From contig CBDCXM010000009.1 of NCBI GenBank assembly GCA_965223855.1, positions 2,624,001 to 2,688,000 of the forward strand: DNA of 64,000 bases. Reading direction: 5' to 3'. This document shows positions 19,039 through 29,572 of the stretch, in pieces (positions within the stretch are counted from its first letter, which is position 1; every line of letters begins with the position of its first letter). Origin of the DNA: Candidatus Multivoradales bacterium (GTDB taxonomy: Bacteria > Acidobacteriota > Thermoanaerobaculia > Multivoradales > JAHEKO01). Below the pieces are notes generated by a model. That model did not search any database. It saw nothing but the letters and a program-made list of their open reading frames with translations, and was not told where the DNA came from. A program made the position numbers and the translations under genes.

Positions 19039-21231
19039 ATGAAGCGAAGCGCGATGACAGCGGCTCTCTGTGCCGCCCTGAGCCTGATCCCCGGCGCGAT
19101 GCCGGCCTCCGACAGCGGTGCTGCGGCTCTGCTGGAAGCGGCCCGAGCAGGCTCGGTCGAAGAAGTCGTAGACCTCGTCGAGCAGGGTGTCGACGTCGAC
19201 AGTACGGACAAGTACGGCTCGACAGCGCTGGCTGCCGCTGCGGTCAACGGTCACCTGGAGGTCGTCGAGACGCTGCTCGAGAAGGGCGCGGACCCGAATC
19301 TGGCCGAGACCTTCTACGGCGCCCGACCGCTGGAGATGGCGCTCTTCTTCGCCCAGCAGCGGGCGGTGGCGCTGGCGCTTCTCGCGCATGGCGCTGAGGA
19401 CCGCGATCAGGCTCTCGGCTTCGCCATGCAGGGCGGCGATCTCGAGTTGGCGACGGCGGCCATCGACGCGGGGCCGATTCGCGAGTCGACCCTCGAACAG
19501 CTCCGTGCAGCCGGCCTGGAAGGCGAGTTCGCCGCGCTGCTCGAACGCGCCGAGAGCCGCCCGGATCCCGCGCCGCCTACCTACGCCCTCGAAGAGCTGC
19601 ACAGATTCACCGGACTCTACGAGGGATTCGCCGGTGACGAGAGCGCGGAGGCCGTCCTGAGGGAAGGGCGCCTGCGCCTGTCGGTCTCCGGCGGTGCGTT
19701 CGAGGATCTCGAGGTCCGCGGCGAGCGGGCGTTCATCAACGCAGCCGGCTCGATCCGGGCGAGCTTCTTCGGCCGGGCGGGGACCATCGAGGGTATCGCC
19801 CTCGATCGGGATGGCGAACAGCCGGCCTCGTTGCGGCGTGCCGTCGCCGAGCCGGTCGGCGTCGCCGGCTTCGTGGCACCGGAAGAGGTGGCGGGCTCAG
19901 AGACGGTCCACTGGCCGGCGTTTCGGGGCAGCAATCGCACGGGTGTCGGCGACGGCGCAGAGGTGGCCACCCATTGGGATCTCGCCAGCGGCAGCGGCAT
20001 TCGCTGGGATGCCGACCTGGAAGGGCTCGGCAACTCGAGCCCGATCGTGTGGGGTGACCGGGTCTACGTCACCACCGCAGTGGCGACCGGCATCGACCAG
20101 ACGCTGCGGACCGGGCTGACTGGCGAAGGGACGCCGGTCAGCGAGGAAGTCGAGCACAGTTGGAAAGTGATCGCCTTCGACAAGAAGACCGGAGATCGGG
20201 TGTGGGAGACCGAGATCGGGAGAGCGATCCCCGCGACCCGTCGCCACTTCAAGGCGACGCAGGCCAACTCGACCCCCGCGACCGACGGCGAGTCGATCGT
20301 CGTCGTCTTCCCGACGGCCGGGATGGCAGTCCTCGAGATGGACGGCACGGTGCGCTGGCAGCTCGACCTCGGCGGCCTCAATGCGGGGGCGTTCTCCGAC
20401 CCGGGGATCGAGTGGGGGTACGCGAGCTCGCCGATCCTGGTCGACGGTCGTGTCATTCTGCAGGTCGACGTTCACGAGGGTCCCTATCTCGCCGCCTGGG
20501 ACGCGCGTACCGGTGAGGAGCTGTGGCGAGTCGATCGTGACGTCGCCCCCTCGTGGTCGACACCGGCGATCGTCGAAGGGAGCGATGGCGACGAGCTGGT
20601 CGTCAACGGCTCGACGATCCACGCCTACGATCCCGCCAACGGCGAAGAGCTGTGGAGCCTCGGGCCGAACTCGGAGCTCGTGATCGCCGCTCCCGTCGTC
20701 TCGGATCAGTCGGTGATCGTCTCCGCCGGCTATCCGCCGATCAAGCCGATCTACGCGGTTCCCGCCGGGATCCGAGGCGACCTCGCGATAGCGGACCCGG
20801 TGTCCGACGAGCGACTGCTCTGGGGGCACGGGCGCGGCGGCGCGTACATGCCGACGCCGCTGCTCTACCGGGGCGTCTACTACGTGATTCATCACAACGG
20901 CATCTTCGTCACCTACGACGCCGGCTCGGGGGCGGCGTTGACCAAGAGCCGCTTCTCGCAGCGCGGCACGTTCACGGCATCTCCGGTAGCGGCGAACGGC
21001 CGGCTCTACGCCGGGACCGAGGAGGGCCTGATGTACGTGCTCGAGGCCGATCCGGAGTACGCGGAAGTGGCGGTGCACGACTTCGGCGAACCGCTCATGG
21101 CGACGCCGGCGATCTCCGAGGGCGCGCTCTTCGTCCGCACCCCGTCACGGCTTCTCGCGATCGAGGCAGCCGGCGCTCCGGACGGTGACGGCGAACCGGC
21201 AGCTCCCGGCGCGGAGGGCGGCGCGCGTTGA
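19039..21231 (+). CDS. Secreted ankyrin-repeat + PQQ-type beta-propeller protein
   Basis: Signal peptide; ankyrin repeats (GSTALAAAAVNGHLEVVETLLEKGADPN); WPAFRG, GNSSPIVWGD, ASSP, FTASPV, MATPAIS propeller repeats. Confidence 0.88.
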   Translation: MKRSAMTAALCAALSLIPGAMPASDSGAAALLEAARAGSVEEVVDLVEQGVDVDSTDKYGSTALAAAAVNGHLEVVETLLEKGADPNLAETFYGARPLEMALFFAQQRAVALALLAHGAEDRDQALGFAMQGGDLELATAAIDAGPIRESTLEQLRAAGLEGEFAALLERAESRPDPAPPTYALEELHRFTGLYEGFAGDESAEAVLREGRLRLSVSGGAFEDLEVRGERAFINAAGSIRASFFGRAGTIEGIALDRDGEQPASLRRAVAEPVGVAGFVAPEEVAGSETVHWPAFRGSNRTGVGDGAEVATHWDLASGSGIRWDADLEGLGNSSPIVWGDRVYVTTAVATGIDQTLRTGLTGEGTPVSEEVEHSWKVIAFDKKTGDRVWETEIGRAIPATRRHFKATQANSTPATDGESIVVVFPTAGMAVLEMDGTVRWQLDLGGLNAGAFSDPGIEWGYASSPILVDGRVILQVDVHEGPYLAAWDARTGEELWRVDRDVAPSWSTPAIVEGSDGDELVVNGSTIHAYDPANGEELWSLGPNSELVIAAPVVSDQSVIVSAGYPPIKPIYAVPAGIRGDLAIADPVSDERLLWGHGRGGAYMPTPLLYRGVYYVIHHNGIFVTYDAGSGAALTKSRFSQRGTFTASPVAANGRLYAGTEEGLMYVLEADPEYAEVAVHDFGEPLMATPAISEGALFVRTPSRLLAIEAAGAPDGDGEPAAPGAEGGAR

Positions 21232-22343
21232 AGGTCGATTCCTCGTTGCCGGGAGTTCGCGGCGCAGTTTCGGTGCTGGCGATTCTCGCGGCGCTGATGG
21301 CGATCGACCAGTCGCGCACCTTGCTCCTGCCGGTCATCGTCGCGGTGCTGCTCTACTTCCTGCTTGCGCCTGCCGTGAGGCTTCTGACTCGCCTCCGCCT
21401 GCCGAGGCCGCTCGCCACCGTCCTCGTGTTGTCGGGGATCCTTGCCGGTGTGACCGCTTTGGGGACCTTCATCCACGAGCCGGCGCTCGAGTGGGCGGGC
21501 GAGATGCCCTCCACCGCGAGGGAGTTGCAGAGGTCGTTCGATCGCTGGCTCGAGCCTGTCCAGAAGGCACAGGAGGCAACACTCGAGGCGACCCGTCAGG
21601 TGAAGAGCCTCACGGAGGTCGATTCCAGCGAGGACGCGGAGGTCGTTCGCATCGAGGAGCCGAGCGCGGCCGAGACCCTGATTGCGGACGCCGGGGCGAT
21701 GCTGGCGAGCTCGGTGATCTCGATCGTGCTGCTGTTCTTCCTGCTGGCGACCGATGGGGCGTTCCTGCGGCGCCTGGCGACGACGCTCCCCGAACTCGGT
21801 GAGGGGAGTCGGGCGCTCGACTTCCTCTCGAACTTCGAGCGCCAGGCGTCCTCGTACCTGCTCACGGTCAGTGCGATCAACATCCTCCTGGGCGTCTGCG
21901 TGGGGGGAACACTGTGGGCGCTCGGCATGCCCAACCCGCTGCTGTGGGCGGCAGTGGCCGCCAGCCTCAACTTCATTCCCTACCTCGGAGCCGTGGTCGG
22001 GACCGCCCTCGTCGGCGTCGCCGCAGCCGGAAGTCTCAGTCCGATCTCCTACGCCCTGCTCGCGCCCGCCTGCTACCTGCTGCTGACGGCGGTGGAGGGG
22101 ACTCTTGTGACCCCGGCCGCCCTCGGTCGGCGGCTCAAGCTCAGCCCGGTTGCCATCTTCCTGTGGCTGTTGCTCTGGAACTGGATGTGGGGGGTTCCCG
22201 GTGCGCTTATCGCCGTTCCCCTGCTGGTGGTCGTCAAGGTCTTCTGCGACAGCTTCCCGTCCCTTCAGCGGGTCGGCTACGTCCTCGGTCGAGGGGGGCC
22301 GTCGACTGGGTCGACGCAGGATCCCGAGCCGACGCCCGGATAG
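21228..22343 (+). CDS. AI-2E family transporter
   Basis: LNFIPYLG, EGTLVTP, WGVPGALIAVP motifs; multiple TM segments. Confidence 0.9.
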   Translation: MKVDSSLPGVRGAVSVLAILAALMAIDQSRTLLLPVIVAVLLYFLLAPAVRLLTRLRLPRPLATVLVLSGILAGVTALGTFIHEPALEWAGEMPSTARELQRSFDRWLEPVQKAQEATLEATRQVKSLTEVDSSEDAEVVRIEEPSAAETLIADAGAMLASSVISIVLLFFLLATDGAFLRRLATTLPELGEGSRALDFLSNFERQASSYLLTVSAINILLGVCVGGTLWALGMPNPLLWAAVAASLNFIPYLGAVVGTALVGVAAAGSLSPISYALLAPACYLLLTAVEGTLVTPAALGRRLKLSPVAIFLWLLLWNWMWGVPGALIAVPLLVVVKVFCDSFPSLQRVGYVLGRGGPSTGSTQDPEPTPG

Positions 22344-22444
22344 GTGGGGCGGCGGCCGGGAGGGCGCCGGCTACGGGCAGCCTTGCGGCCGGGGCTCTTC
22401 AGCAACCTGCAACTACCAGGCTGAGGCGGTCCGAGACGAAGGAG

Positions 22445-23911
22445 CTAGGAAGAGCTCCGGTCCCTTGCCCGGGCAGCCGGTGATCGGCCGGTCGCCAGCG
22501 AGAGCAGGAGGACCGCCGCGCCCGACGCCAGGAAGGCAGGCACCAGTTCGTAGATCCCGGTGCTCTCTTTCCACCACAGACGCCAGAGAACCGTCGTCGT
22601 CGCGCCGACGAGCATCCCGCCCAGCACTCCCTGGCGGGTCGTGCCGCGCCACAGCAGGGCGAAGATCACGGCCGGGCCGAAGGCGGCGCCGAGGCCGCTC
22701 CACGCGAAGAGCACGAGCCAGAAGACCAGATCCTCGGCAAACCATGCCAGGGCGACCGCCAGCACGCCCGACAGCAGGACGATCCAGCGCGACAGACGCA
22801 ACCGGTCGCGCTCCTTCTCGAAGGTGCGGCCGAACGTGCCTTCCCACAGATCCCGGATGAACGTGGAGGCAACGACCAGGAGTTGAGAGTCGGCCGTCGA
22901 GAGGATGGCGGCAAAGACGCCGCCGACGACCAGGCCGAAGAGCAGCGGGCCGAAGTTGTCGCCGGCGAGTGCCAGATAGACCATCTCGGGGTCGCCGTTG
23001 GGCAATTGTGCGGCCTCGTTCCAGAAGGCGGCACCGAGTACACCGATCGCTACGGCCCCGCTGCCGAGCACGAGGTTCCAGGCGAGCCCGATCCAGGCGA
23101 CGGCCGGCAGCTTGCCCGCGTCATCGATCGACATGTAGCGCACCAGGAGGTGCGGCTGTCCGGGCGAGCCGAGACCGATGCCGACCAGACCGAGGAAGGC
23201 TCCCGCCGACAGCGCGAAGGGGTCGAGGTGAGCGGGGTGGGCCTCCAGCGCGAGGGCGAGGCCACCCTCCTCGATTCGTGACAGGGCGACCAGCGGCAGA
23301 ACGACGAGGCCGATCAGCATCACCACCGCCCGCACCACGTCGTTGTAGGCGACGGCTACGAAACCTCCCAGCACCATGTACACGAGAATGATCGCGGCCG
23401 CCGCCGCCAGGCCGCCGGCGAGCGGCCAACCGAGGGCGCTGTTGAGCGTCTTCGCGCCGGCGTGAAGCTGTGCCGCGACGTAGGCGGTCACGAAACCGAC
23501 GAGCAGCAGCGCGGCCGTCGCCCTGACGGTGCGACCCGCTTCACCGAAGCGCAGTGCGAGCACGTCGGGCACCGTGATCGCTCCGAGCGACTCGCTGTCC
23601 CGGCGCAAGCGCGGTCCGAGGACGAGGCACTGGAGCCACTCGACGAAGGTGTAGCCGACGACCGCCCAGATCGCGCTCAGCCCGGTGGAGAACGCGAGCC
23701 CGCTGACTCCGAGCACCAGCCAGGAGGAACGGCCCGAGGAGACCGCCGAAAGAGCCACCACCCAGCGGCCCATCGACCGACCGCCGACGAAGAAGTCGCT
23801 CTGGTTCGCGGTGCGGCGCAGGGCGAGCACGCCTATCGCGATCGGCAGGACCAGCGTCAACCCGAGGACCGACAGGGCGACGGGGCTGTCGAGAGGCCCG
23901 TAGGCGTTCAC
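22445..23911 (-). CDS. putP: Sodium/proline symporter (SSS family)
   Basis: DFFVGGR, GGFVAVAYND, GQPHLLVRYM, AAILSTADSQLL, AWSGLGAAFGP. Confidence 0.85.
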   Translation of the reverse strand: MNAYGPLDSPVALSVLGLTLVLPIAIGVLALRRTANQSDFFVGGRSMGRWVVALSAVSSGRSSWLVLGVSGLAFSTGLSAIWAVVGYTFVEWLQCLVLGPRLRRDSESLGAITVPDVLALRFGEAGRTVRATAALLLVGFVTAYVAAQLHAGAKTLNSALGWPLAGGLAAAAAIILVYMVLGGFVAVAYNDVVRAVVMLIGLVVLPLVALSRIEEGGLALALEAHPAHLDPFALSAGAFLGLVGIGLGSPGQPHLLVRYMSIDDAGKLPAVAWIGLAWNLVLGSGAVAIGVLGAAFWNEAAQLPNGDPEMVYLALAGDNFGPLLFGLVVGGVFAAILSTADSQLLVVASTFIRDLWEGTFGRTFEKERDRLRLSRWIVLLSGVLAVALAWFAEDLVFWLVLFAWSGLGAAFGPAVIFALLWRGTTRQGVLGGMLVGATTTVLWRLWWKESTGIYELVPAFLASGAAVLLLSLATGRSPAARARDRSSS

Positions 23912-23950
23912 GCCAGGGTCGCTCTCAGGCCTCGGGAGTCGATGGCCGCC

Positions 23951-24811
23951 TCAACCGCCGCCGCGGCGACGCTTCAGCAGACCGCGCAGGCCACCCTCAT
24001 CCTCTTCCTGCGGCTGTGCGGTCGGCATCGCCGTCAGGAGGGGCTTCTCGACCAGATTGGGGTCGAGCACGAAGATCGAGTTGTCGATGTTCTCTTCGCG
24101 CATCTCGGTCACTTCCATGGTCGAGGTGGTGGTCTGCGGATTGCCCCTCTTGCCGCTTTCGGAGGTGCTCACCGTGACAGCCTTGAGAGGGAAGCCCTTC
24201 ACCTTCTGGATCTCGGTGGCGATGAGAGCGTCGAGTTCCTCGTTACCGATGCTCGGCGGCTCCTTGCGAAGCCAGGCGCCGAGGGCGACATGGTCGGGCA
24301 TGTCGATGACCCAGATCTCCTGATCGGAGGTCGACTTCATGGCGCGCTTCATCCCGAAGACTTTCATTTGCATGTCGTACGAGCTGCGATAGCGGTAGTA
24401 GGTCGTGTCGCGGCCGAGAAGGTCGCCTCCATCACGTTCCTCGAGGAGCTCCATCGACGGGTTCTCGATACTGAAGTCCACCAGACCGCCGGTGCTTTGC
24501 ATCAACTGCGCGGCGCTTTGCATGACCGCCTCGAGGTCGAGCTCCGAGTAGCTGCCGTCCTGCTCGTTGACGAGCCACAGCGTCTGTCCGCCGTCGTTGG
24601 TGAGGATGTACGTGCCGGCGGGCATGATCGGGCTGCCGCTCTGGGTGAATTCGATCTTGGCGTTGGCCCCCTCGACCCAGGATCGCACGGTCCAGGACGA
24701 AGCTTCGCCACCCTGGCCATCGACCCGGTTGACCGCTTCGTAGTAGACGCCCGCTCCTGCCGGTGCCGAGAGCAACACTGCGAGCAGAGCCAGAATGGAA
24801 AGTCGTCGCAT
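23951..24811 (-). CDS. Secreted DUF4412-like protein
   Basis: Signal peptide, GGAG RBS, EIWV...GFPLK...MEVT...F pattern of LolA-like DUF4412 proteins. Confidence 0.65.
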   Translation of the reverse strand: MRRLSILALLAVLLSAPAGAGVYYEAVNRVDGQGGEASSWTVRSWVEGANAKIEFTQSGSPIMPAGTYILTNDGGQTLWLVNEQDGSYSELDLEAVMQSAAQLMQSTGGLVDFSIENPSMELLEERDGGDLLGRDTTYYRYRSSYDMQMKVFGMKRAMKSTSDQEIWVIDMPDHVALGAWLRKEPPSIGNEELDALIATEIQKVKGFPLKAVTVSTSESGKRGNPQTTTSTMEVTEMREENIDNSIFVLDPNLVEKPLLTAMPTAQPQEEDEGGLRGLLKRRRGGG

Positions 24812-24952
24812 GAGGAACTCCTCCGAGAGATTCAGGTACGCCGGCCCGTGAGAGCGGCCGAGTCGATGAGACTGGCGACAGAGCCTAGCAGCCGTTACAT
24901 GCGGGGCGGCCGGTCGCCAAGGGCGCATATGCCCCGGGGTGCAGGGCCGCCC

Positions 24953-25609
24953 TCAGCGTGTGGCGCGATGGGGCTGTGTCGAGGCGGGCTCGATGACAGG
25001 CGTCATCGTCAGGCCGGCCACCATCACACCGGCACTCACGAGGGCGATCACCGTGGAAGTCTGGACCGCCGGTGCGACGAGGTCGACGCCGCCGGCGAGA
25101 TAGAGGAGGAACGCGCCGTAGACCGGAACCTTGAAGAGATGAGCGAAGAAGCCGCCGAAGGCCTCGGGCGACCGGGCGCGGCCGCGGCGTCGGCGGCAGT
25201 GAATCGCCAGCAGCAGCAGCGGGACGACGAGGCCTGCGGGGAGCAGTGCCGAGGACGTAGGAGCCAGCCCGCAGCGCGCGATCGCGGCAAGAACCAGCAG
25301 GAATGTTGCGGCGTCGCAAGCGTGGTCGATGCGCTTGCCCAGCGCGCTGCTCGAACCGACGCGCCGCGCGATCGCACCGTCGAGGGCGTCGCAGAGGAGC
25401 GCTCCGACAAAGGCTGCGAGGGCGAGCCGGGGCGCGATGCCGTGAACCCAGCAGACGCTCGCCGCCAGAGCGACACCGATCAAGCTCACCGCGGAGGGAG
25501 CGATTCCCACACGGGCGGCGAAAGAGGCGATCGGTTCGAGGACGGCGTCGCGTCCCCGCCGGATCCTCAGGTAGGCGGCCTGGTCCCAGGCCTGTCTCGG
25601 CTCGCTCAT
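24953..25609 (-). CDS. CDP-alcohol phosphatidyltransferase family protein
   Basis: DALDGAIARR...S.LG..IDHACD signature; hydrophobic. Confidence 0.85.
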   Translation of the reverse strand: MSEPRQAWDQAAYLRIRRGRDAVLEPIASFAARVGIAPSAVSLIGVALAASVCWVHGIAPRLALAAFVGALLCDALDGAIARRVGSSSALGKRIDHACDAATFLLVLAAIARCGLAPTSSALLPAGLVVPLLLLAIHCRRRRGRARSPEAFGGFFAHLFKVPVYGAFLLYLAGGVDLVAPAVQTSTVIALVSAGVMVAGLTMTPVIEPASTQPHRATR

Positions 25610-25936
25610 CCGCGGTTCTCTCGAGGGACTACGGCCCCCTCTCTGCATTGGATGATACTGCGCCCGCGGTCCTTCCCGAGCGGTCACGAACCTACCGGCT
25701 CGCAGACGGTGCGGGCGATGTGACTTCTTCGCCCTCGGGCGGTCCCAGCAACAGGGGCCGTCGGCCCCAGTCCGGGGGCACAACCTCCGGCTTCTTCAGG
25801 GGCTTCGCCGACCGGCGAGGGCCCGTTCCCCTCTACGGCGGGCAGTCCGACGCTCGGTCGGGCTGCCCGCCGATTCTTCCGGGAACTCCGGCGGCCGAGG
25901 CGGCCGGCCGAGATGCGTCGGCCGAGGGCGCGGGCT

Positions 25937-26473
25937 ATGATTCGAGGGATCTTGAAGCGCTTGATTCTTCTTTGCGGGGCGGGCTTCGCCCTCCTGGCCG
26001 CGCTCCCGGGCGCCGAGCTTCGATCGGACGAGGTCGAAACCGAGGCGGCGACGGTGGCGGGCTGGGTGGAGCGTGTCCGGCTGACCCGTTCGGGTCTCGA
26101 AATGGAAGCCAAGCTCGACTCCGGCGCAGAGCATTCCTCGCTCCACGTGGAGCGGCCGCGCTACTTCCGACGTGACGGAGAGCGCTGGGTGCGCTTCACC
26201 GTCGAAGGGGAGAGCGGCCGCCGGGTCGCCTTCGAGCGCAAGCTGGTGCGCAAGGCGGCGATCAAGCGACACTCAGGGCGATCCGACGTCCGGCCGGTGG
26301 TCGAGATCAAGATCTGTCTGGGCGAGGTGACGAAGCGCGCGGAGGTGAACCTCGTGGATCGCAGCAACTTCGAGTACCCGATGCTCGTCGGCCGAAGCTT
26401 TCTCGAAGACGCCTTCCTGATCGATCCCTCCGACGATGCCCGTCACCGCGTCGCTCTGGAGTGCGAGGGATGA
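25937..26473 (+). CDS. RimK-associated retropepsin-like protease (ATP-dependent Zn protease family); start may be TTG 25952
   Basis: Signal peptide, GWVERV, AKLDSGA, RPVV, NLVDRSNFEYPMLVGRSFL. Confidence 0.88.
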   Translation: MIRGILKRLILLCGAGFALLAALPGAELRSDEVETEAATVAGWVERVRLTRSGLEMEAKLDSGAEHSSLHVERPRYFRRDGERWVRFTVEGESGRRVAFERKLVRKAAIKRHSGRSDVRPVVEIKICLGEVTKRAEVNLVDRSNFEYPMLVGRSFLEDAFLIDPSDDARHRVALECEG

Positions 26474-28002
26474 AGAGCGGCCGCGGTCAGGTGTACTTCG
26501 TGGCCGCGCTGGTCGCGACCGCCGGAGTCGGACTGTTCGCCTACAAGACCTTGCGGCTCGGCTATCCATTGACGCCCGCCTCGACCGCGTCCGTATGGGA
26601 CCTCGAACTCGCCCTTCAGTTTTCTGCCGACGGTGGGCCTACGAAGGTCAGGATGTCGATTCCGCAGTCCGAGGGAGAGTTCGTCGTCGTCGGCGAGAAC
26701 TTCGTGTCGGGTGAGTACGGGCTGACGACGGAGACCGATGCCTGGGGTCGCCGAGCCGTATGGTCGGTGAGGGAGGCGACCGGAGATCAGGTGATCTACT
26801 ACCGTGCCGCCGTGCAGCGCCTCGGCAGTGCTCCGCCGGCGTCGCGCATCGTGCCGCCGGCCACGGATGTTTCAGGGCTCGACGAGGCCCAGTTCGCGGC
26901 CGCCGCGAACCTCCTCGACGATTCCTTCAGCCGCTCGGCCGACCTCGAAACGCTCCTGCCGCAGCTGCTCGGCAACCTCTCCGACGCCGAGAACACGGAT
27001 GCGGCGATCCTGGTCGGCGCCAATCCAACCCTCGTCGATCGGCTTTCGGCGGCGGTTACGGTTCTGGCGCTCGCAGAGATTCCCGCACGCGTGGTTCGCG
27101 GCGTTCGGCTGGAGCGGAGGCTCCGCAACGCGCGTCTGCGCAGTTGGCTCGAGGTCTGGAGCGGTAGCGACTGGAAGGCGTTCGAGGGGGAGGGGGGGAG
27201 CGCCGGCCCGGGCGAGGACATGCTGGTGCTCAAGCGTGGCGGCGGATCGCTGGTCAGCGTGCGCGGCGGTCGGGATGTTTCGCTCGCGGTGGCGGTGCGA
27301 GCGAGCGAGCAGAGCGCGGTAGAAGCAGCCTCGAGAGGGAGTCGGTTTCTCAGTCCCGGATTGCTGAGCTTCTCGTTGTTCAGTCTGCCGATCCGGATCC
27401 AGGAGGTCTACCGCATTCTGCTGCTGGTCCCGGTGGGTGCCTTTCTGCTCGTCCTCCTGAGAACTCTGGTCGGGGTGAAGACCTTCGGTACCTTCATGCC
27501 GGTCCTGATCGCTCTGGCGTTTCGCGAGACCCGGTTGTGGGCGGGAATCGCGCTGTTTCTCATCGTCGTCACCCTGGGGCTGTTCGTCAGGTTCTACCTC
27601 GAGCGCCTGCGCCTCCTGCTCGTGCCCCGGCTCGCCGCGGTCCTGATCGTCGTCGTGCTGGTGATGCTGCTGCTGAGCGTGGTGAGCGCCCAGCTCGGCT
27701 TTCACGGAGCGCTCTCCGTCGCGCTCTTCCCGATGGTCATCCTCGCGATCACCATCGAGCGGATGTCCGTCGTGTGGGAGGAGAAGGGGGCCGAGGAGGC
27801 GTTGCAGCAGGGCATCGGCAGTCTTCTGGTCTCGATCCTCGCCTATCTGGTGATGACCAGCCGCATCGTGGGGCACTGGATCTTCGTCTTTCCGGAGCTC
27901 CTGCTGGTGCTGCTGGCAGCCTGCCTTCTGCTCGGTCGCTACTCCGGCTACCGGCTGCTGGAACTGTGGCGCTTCCGCGCGTTCGCGACCGACGACCCGT
28001 GA
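26470..28002 (+). CDS. Inactive transglutaminase fused to 7-TM domain
   Basis: ENFVSGEYG, IPARVVRG, WLEVW; C-terminal GVKTFGTFMPVLIALAF, LFPMVIL..TIER, YSGYRLLEL.RF. Confidence 0.9.
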   Translation: MKSGRGQVYFVAALVATAGVGLFAYKTLRLGYPLTPASTASVWDLELALQFSADGGPTKVRMSIPQSEGEFVVVGENFVSGEYGLTTETDAWGRRAVWSVREATGDQVIYYRAAVQRLGSAPPASRIVPPATDVSGLDEAQFAAAANLLDDSFSRSADLETLLPQLLGNLSDAENTDAAILVGANPTLVDRLSAAVTVLALAEIPARVVRGVRLERRLRNARLRSWLEVWSGSDWKAFEGEGGSAGPGEDMLVLKRGGGSLVSVRGGRDVSLAVAVRASEQSAVEAASRGSRFLSPGLLSFSLFSLPIRIQEVYRILLLVPVGAFLLVLLRTLVGVKTFGTFMPVLIALAFRETRLWAGIALFLIVVTLGLFVRFYLERLRLLLVPRLAAVLIVVVLVMLLLSVVSAQLGFHGALSVALFPMVILAITIERMSVVWEEKGAEEALQQGIGSLLVSILAYLVMTSRIVGHWIFVFPELLLVLLAACLLLGRYSGYRLLELWRFRAFATDDP

Positions 28003-28979
28003 TCTTCGACACAGCCAGGCGGCTGCGCAGGGCCGGAGTGCTCGGCATGAACCGGCGCAACGGCCGCTACATCATGGAGTACAACCCGCGGCGCCTCTAC
28101 CCGCTGGTCGACGACAAGCTGAAGACCAAGCGGCTGGCGGAGGAAGCGGGGATCTCGGTCCCCCCGCTCTACGGAGTCGTCCGGATTCATCACGAGGTCG
28201 AGGAGCTCGGTGGGATGCTCGAGCCCTACGACGACTTCGTCATCAAGCCCGCCCATGGCAGCGGCGGCACCGGAATCCTCGTCGTCACCGGTACTCAGGG
28301 GGGGCGTTTCCGCTCCGCCGGAGGCACGCTCCTGGACCTCAGCGAGGTCCAGCACTACGTCAGCAACATCCTGAGCGGCGCGTACAGCCTCGGGGGGCAT
28401 CCCGATGCGGCGATGATCGAGTACCGGGTGCTCTTCGATCCGGTGTTCGAGGCGATCAGCTATCAGGGAGTTCCCGACGTCCGGATCATCGTCTTTCTCG
28501 GCGTGCCGGTGATGGCGATGGTGAGGCTGCCGACCCGCGCCTCGGACGGCAAGGCGAACCTCCATCAGGGGGCGATCGGCGCCGGCATCGACCTCGGTAC
28601 CGGGCGCACCGGTAGCGCGGTGTGGCACGACCAGGTGGTGCGCGAGCACCCGGACACCGGTCATCCGGTGGGTGGCCTGCTCATCCCCCATTGGGAGCAG
28701 TTGCTGACCCTCGCGGCCCGCTGTCACGAGCTGACGGGGCTCGGCTACCTCGGAGTCGACCTAGTGCTCGACCGCGAGCGAGGTCCGCTGATCCTCGAGC
28801 TCAACGCGCGCCCTGGGCTTGCGGTTCAGATTGCCAACCGGACCGGTCTGCAGCCGCGCCTCGAGGCGGCGCACCGGGCACGGCTGGCGATGGAGACGAT
28901 CGACGATCGGGTCCGCTGGGCGAGGGAGGCCTTCACCGCGGCGCCCCGGCCACAGGATCAGGCCGGGTCGCGGGGCTGA
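27999..28979 (+). CDS. Alpha-L-glutamate ligase-like ATP-grasp protein (RimK-related)
   Basis: GMNRRN, VDDKLKTK, FVIKPAHGSGG, GKANLHQGA, LELNARPGL.QIAN; GTGA overlap with the upstream gene. Confidence 0.92.
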   Translation: MIFDTARRLRRAGVLGMNRRNGRYIMEYNPRRLYPLVDDKLKTKRLAEEAGISVPPLYGVVRIHHEVEELGGMLEPYDDFVIKPAHGSGGTGILVVTGTQGGRFRSAGGTLLDLSEVQHYVSNILSGAYSLGGHPDAAMIEYRVLFDPVFEAISYQGVPDVRIIVFLGVPVMAMVRLPTRASDGKANLHQGAIGAGIDLGTGRTGSAVWHDQVVREHPDTGHPVGGLLIPHWEQLLTLAARCHELTGLGYLGVDLVLDRERGPLILELNARPGLAVQIANRTGLQPRLEAAHRARLAMETIDDRVRWAREAFTAAPRPQDQAGSRG

Positions 28980-29482
28980 AGTGCGATCGCGCGTCGGCGC
29001 AGGGCGCGCACGAGAAAGCAGCCGACGAGGAAGATGAAGCCGCTGATACCGACCGGCAGGTAGGTCGACCAGTCCCAATGCAGGTCGATGACCGCCTGCC
29101 CGGGATCGCCGGGCTTGTAGTAGACGGTCACCGGCGCCCCGACTTCGTAGCGTGACGCGATCTCGAAGGCCGGCCTTCGCTTGCCGTAGTGGTCGTCACG
29201 GAACGAGATCTGCCTGCCGACGAGACTCTCGCCGTCGACCGCATACCTGTAACTGACTTCCGGGGCGTAGCGGAAGCTGTCCGTGCTGCTGGAGCCGCTG
29301 CGGCTTCGACGCAACTTCACGGTGGAGGTGAGCACCTCCCCGTCGACGGACGGCCAGTCGGCGCTCGCACGGGCGTCGAGCAGGTGCACCAGGCCCCAAC
29401 TCGTCAGCAGCCCCCCGACGAGGACGAGAACCCAGGCGAGGACGTGGGCTCCCCTGGGCACGGGTCGGTTGTCGAGTCGCAT
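28958..29482 (-). CDS. DUF3592-like membrane protein
   Basis: TM, WPSVDGEV, YAPEVSYRYAVDG, VTVYYKPGDP, C-terminal TM. Confidence 0.8.
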   Translation of the reverse strand: MRLDNRPVPRGAHVLAWVLVLVGGLLTSWGLVHLLDARASADWPSVDGEVLTSTVKLRRSRSGSSSTDSFRYAPEVSYRYAVDGESLVGRQISFRDDHYGKRRPAFEIASRYEVGAPVTVYYKPGDPGQAVIDLHWDWSTYLPVGISGFIFLVGCFLVRALRRRAIALQPRDPA

Positions 29483-29502
29483 CTTCGCGCCATCGTCTCA
29501 CG

Positions 29503-29529
29503 AGAAAGGGGCGGGTACCCCCGCCCCCT
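29503..29529 (-). terminator. Probable terminator downstream of glnII
   Basis: GGGGCGGG-TACC-CCCGCCCC hairpin followed on the minus strand by TTTCTC. Confidence 0.6.
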
Positions 29530-29572
29530 GGAAGAGACTCGTCGGCCCGGTACTCAGGGCTGCCGGGTGCGC

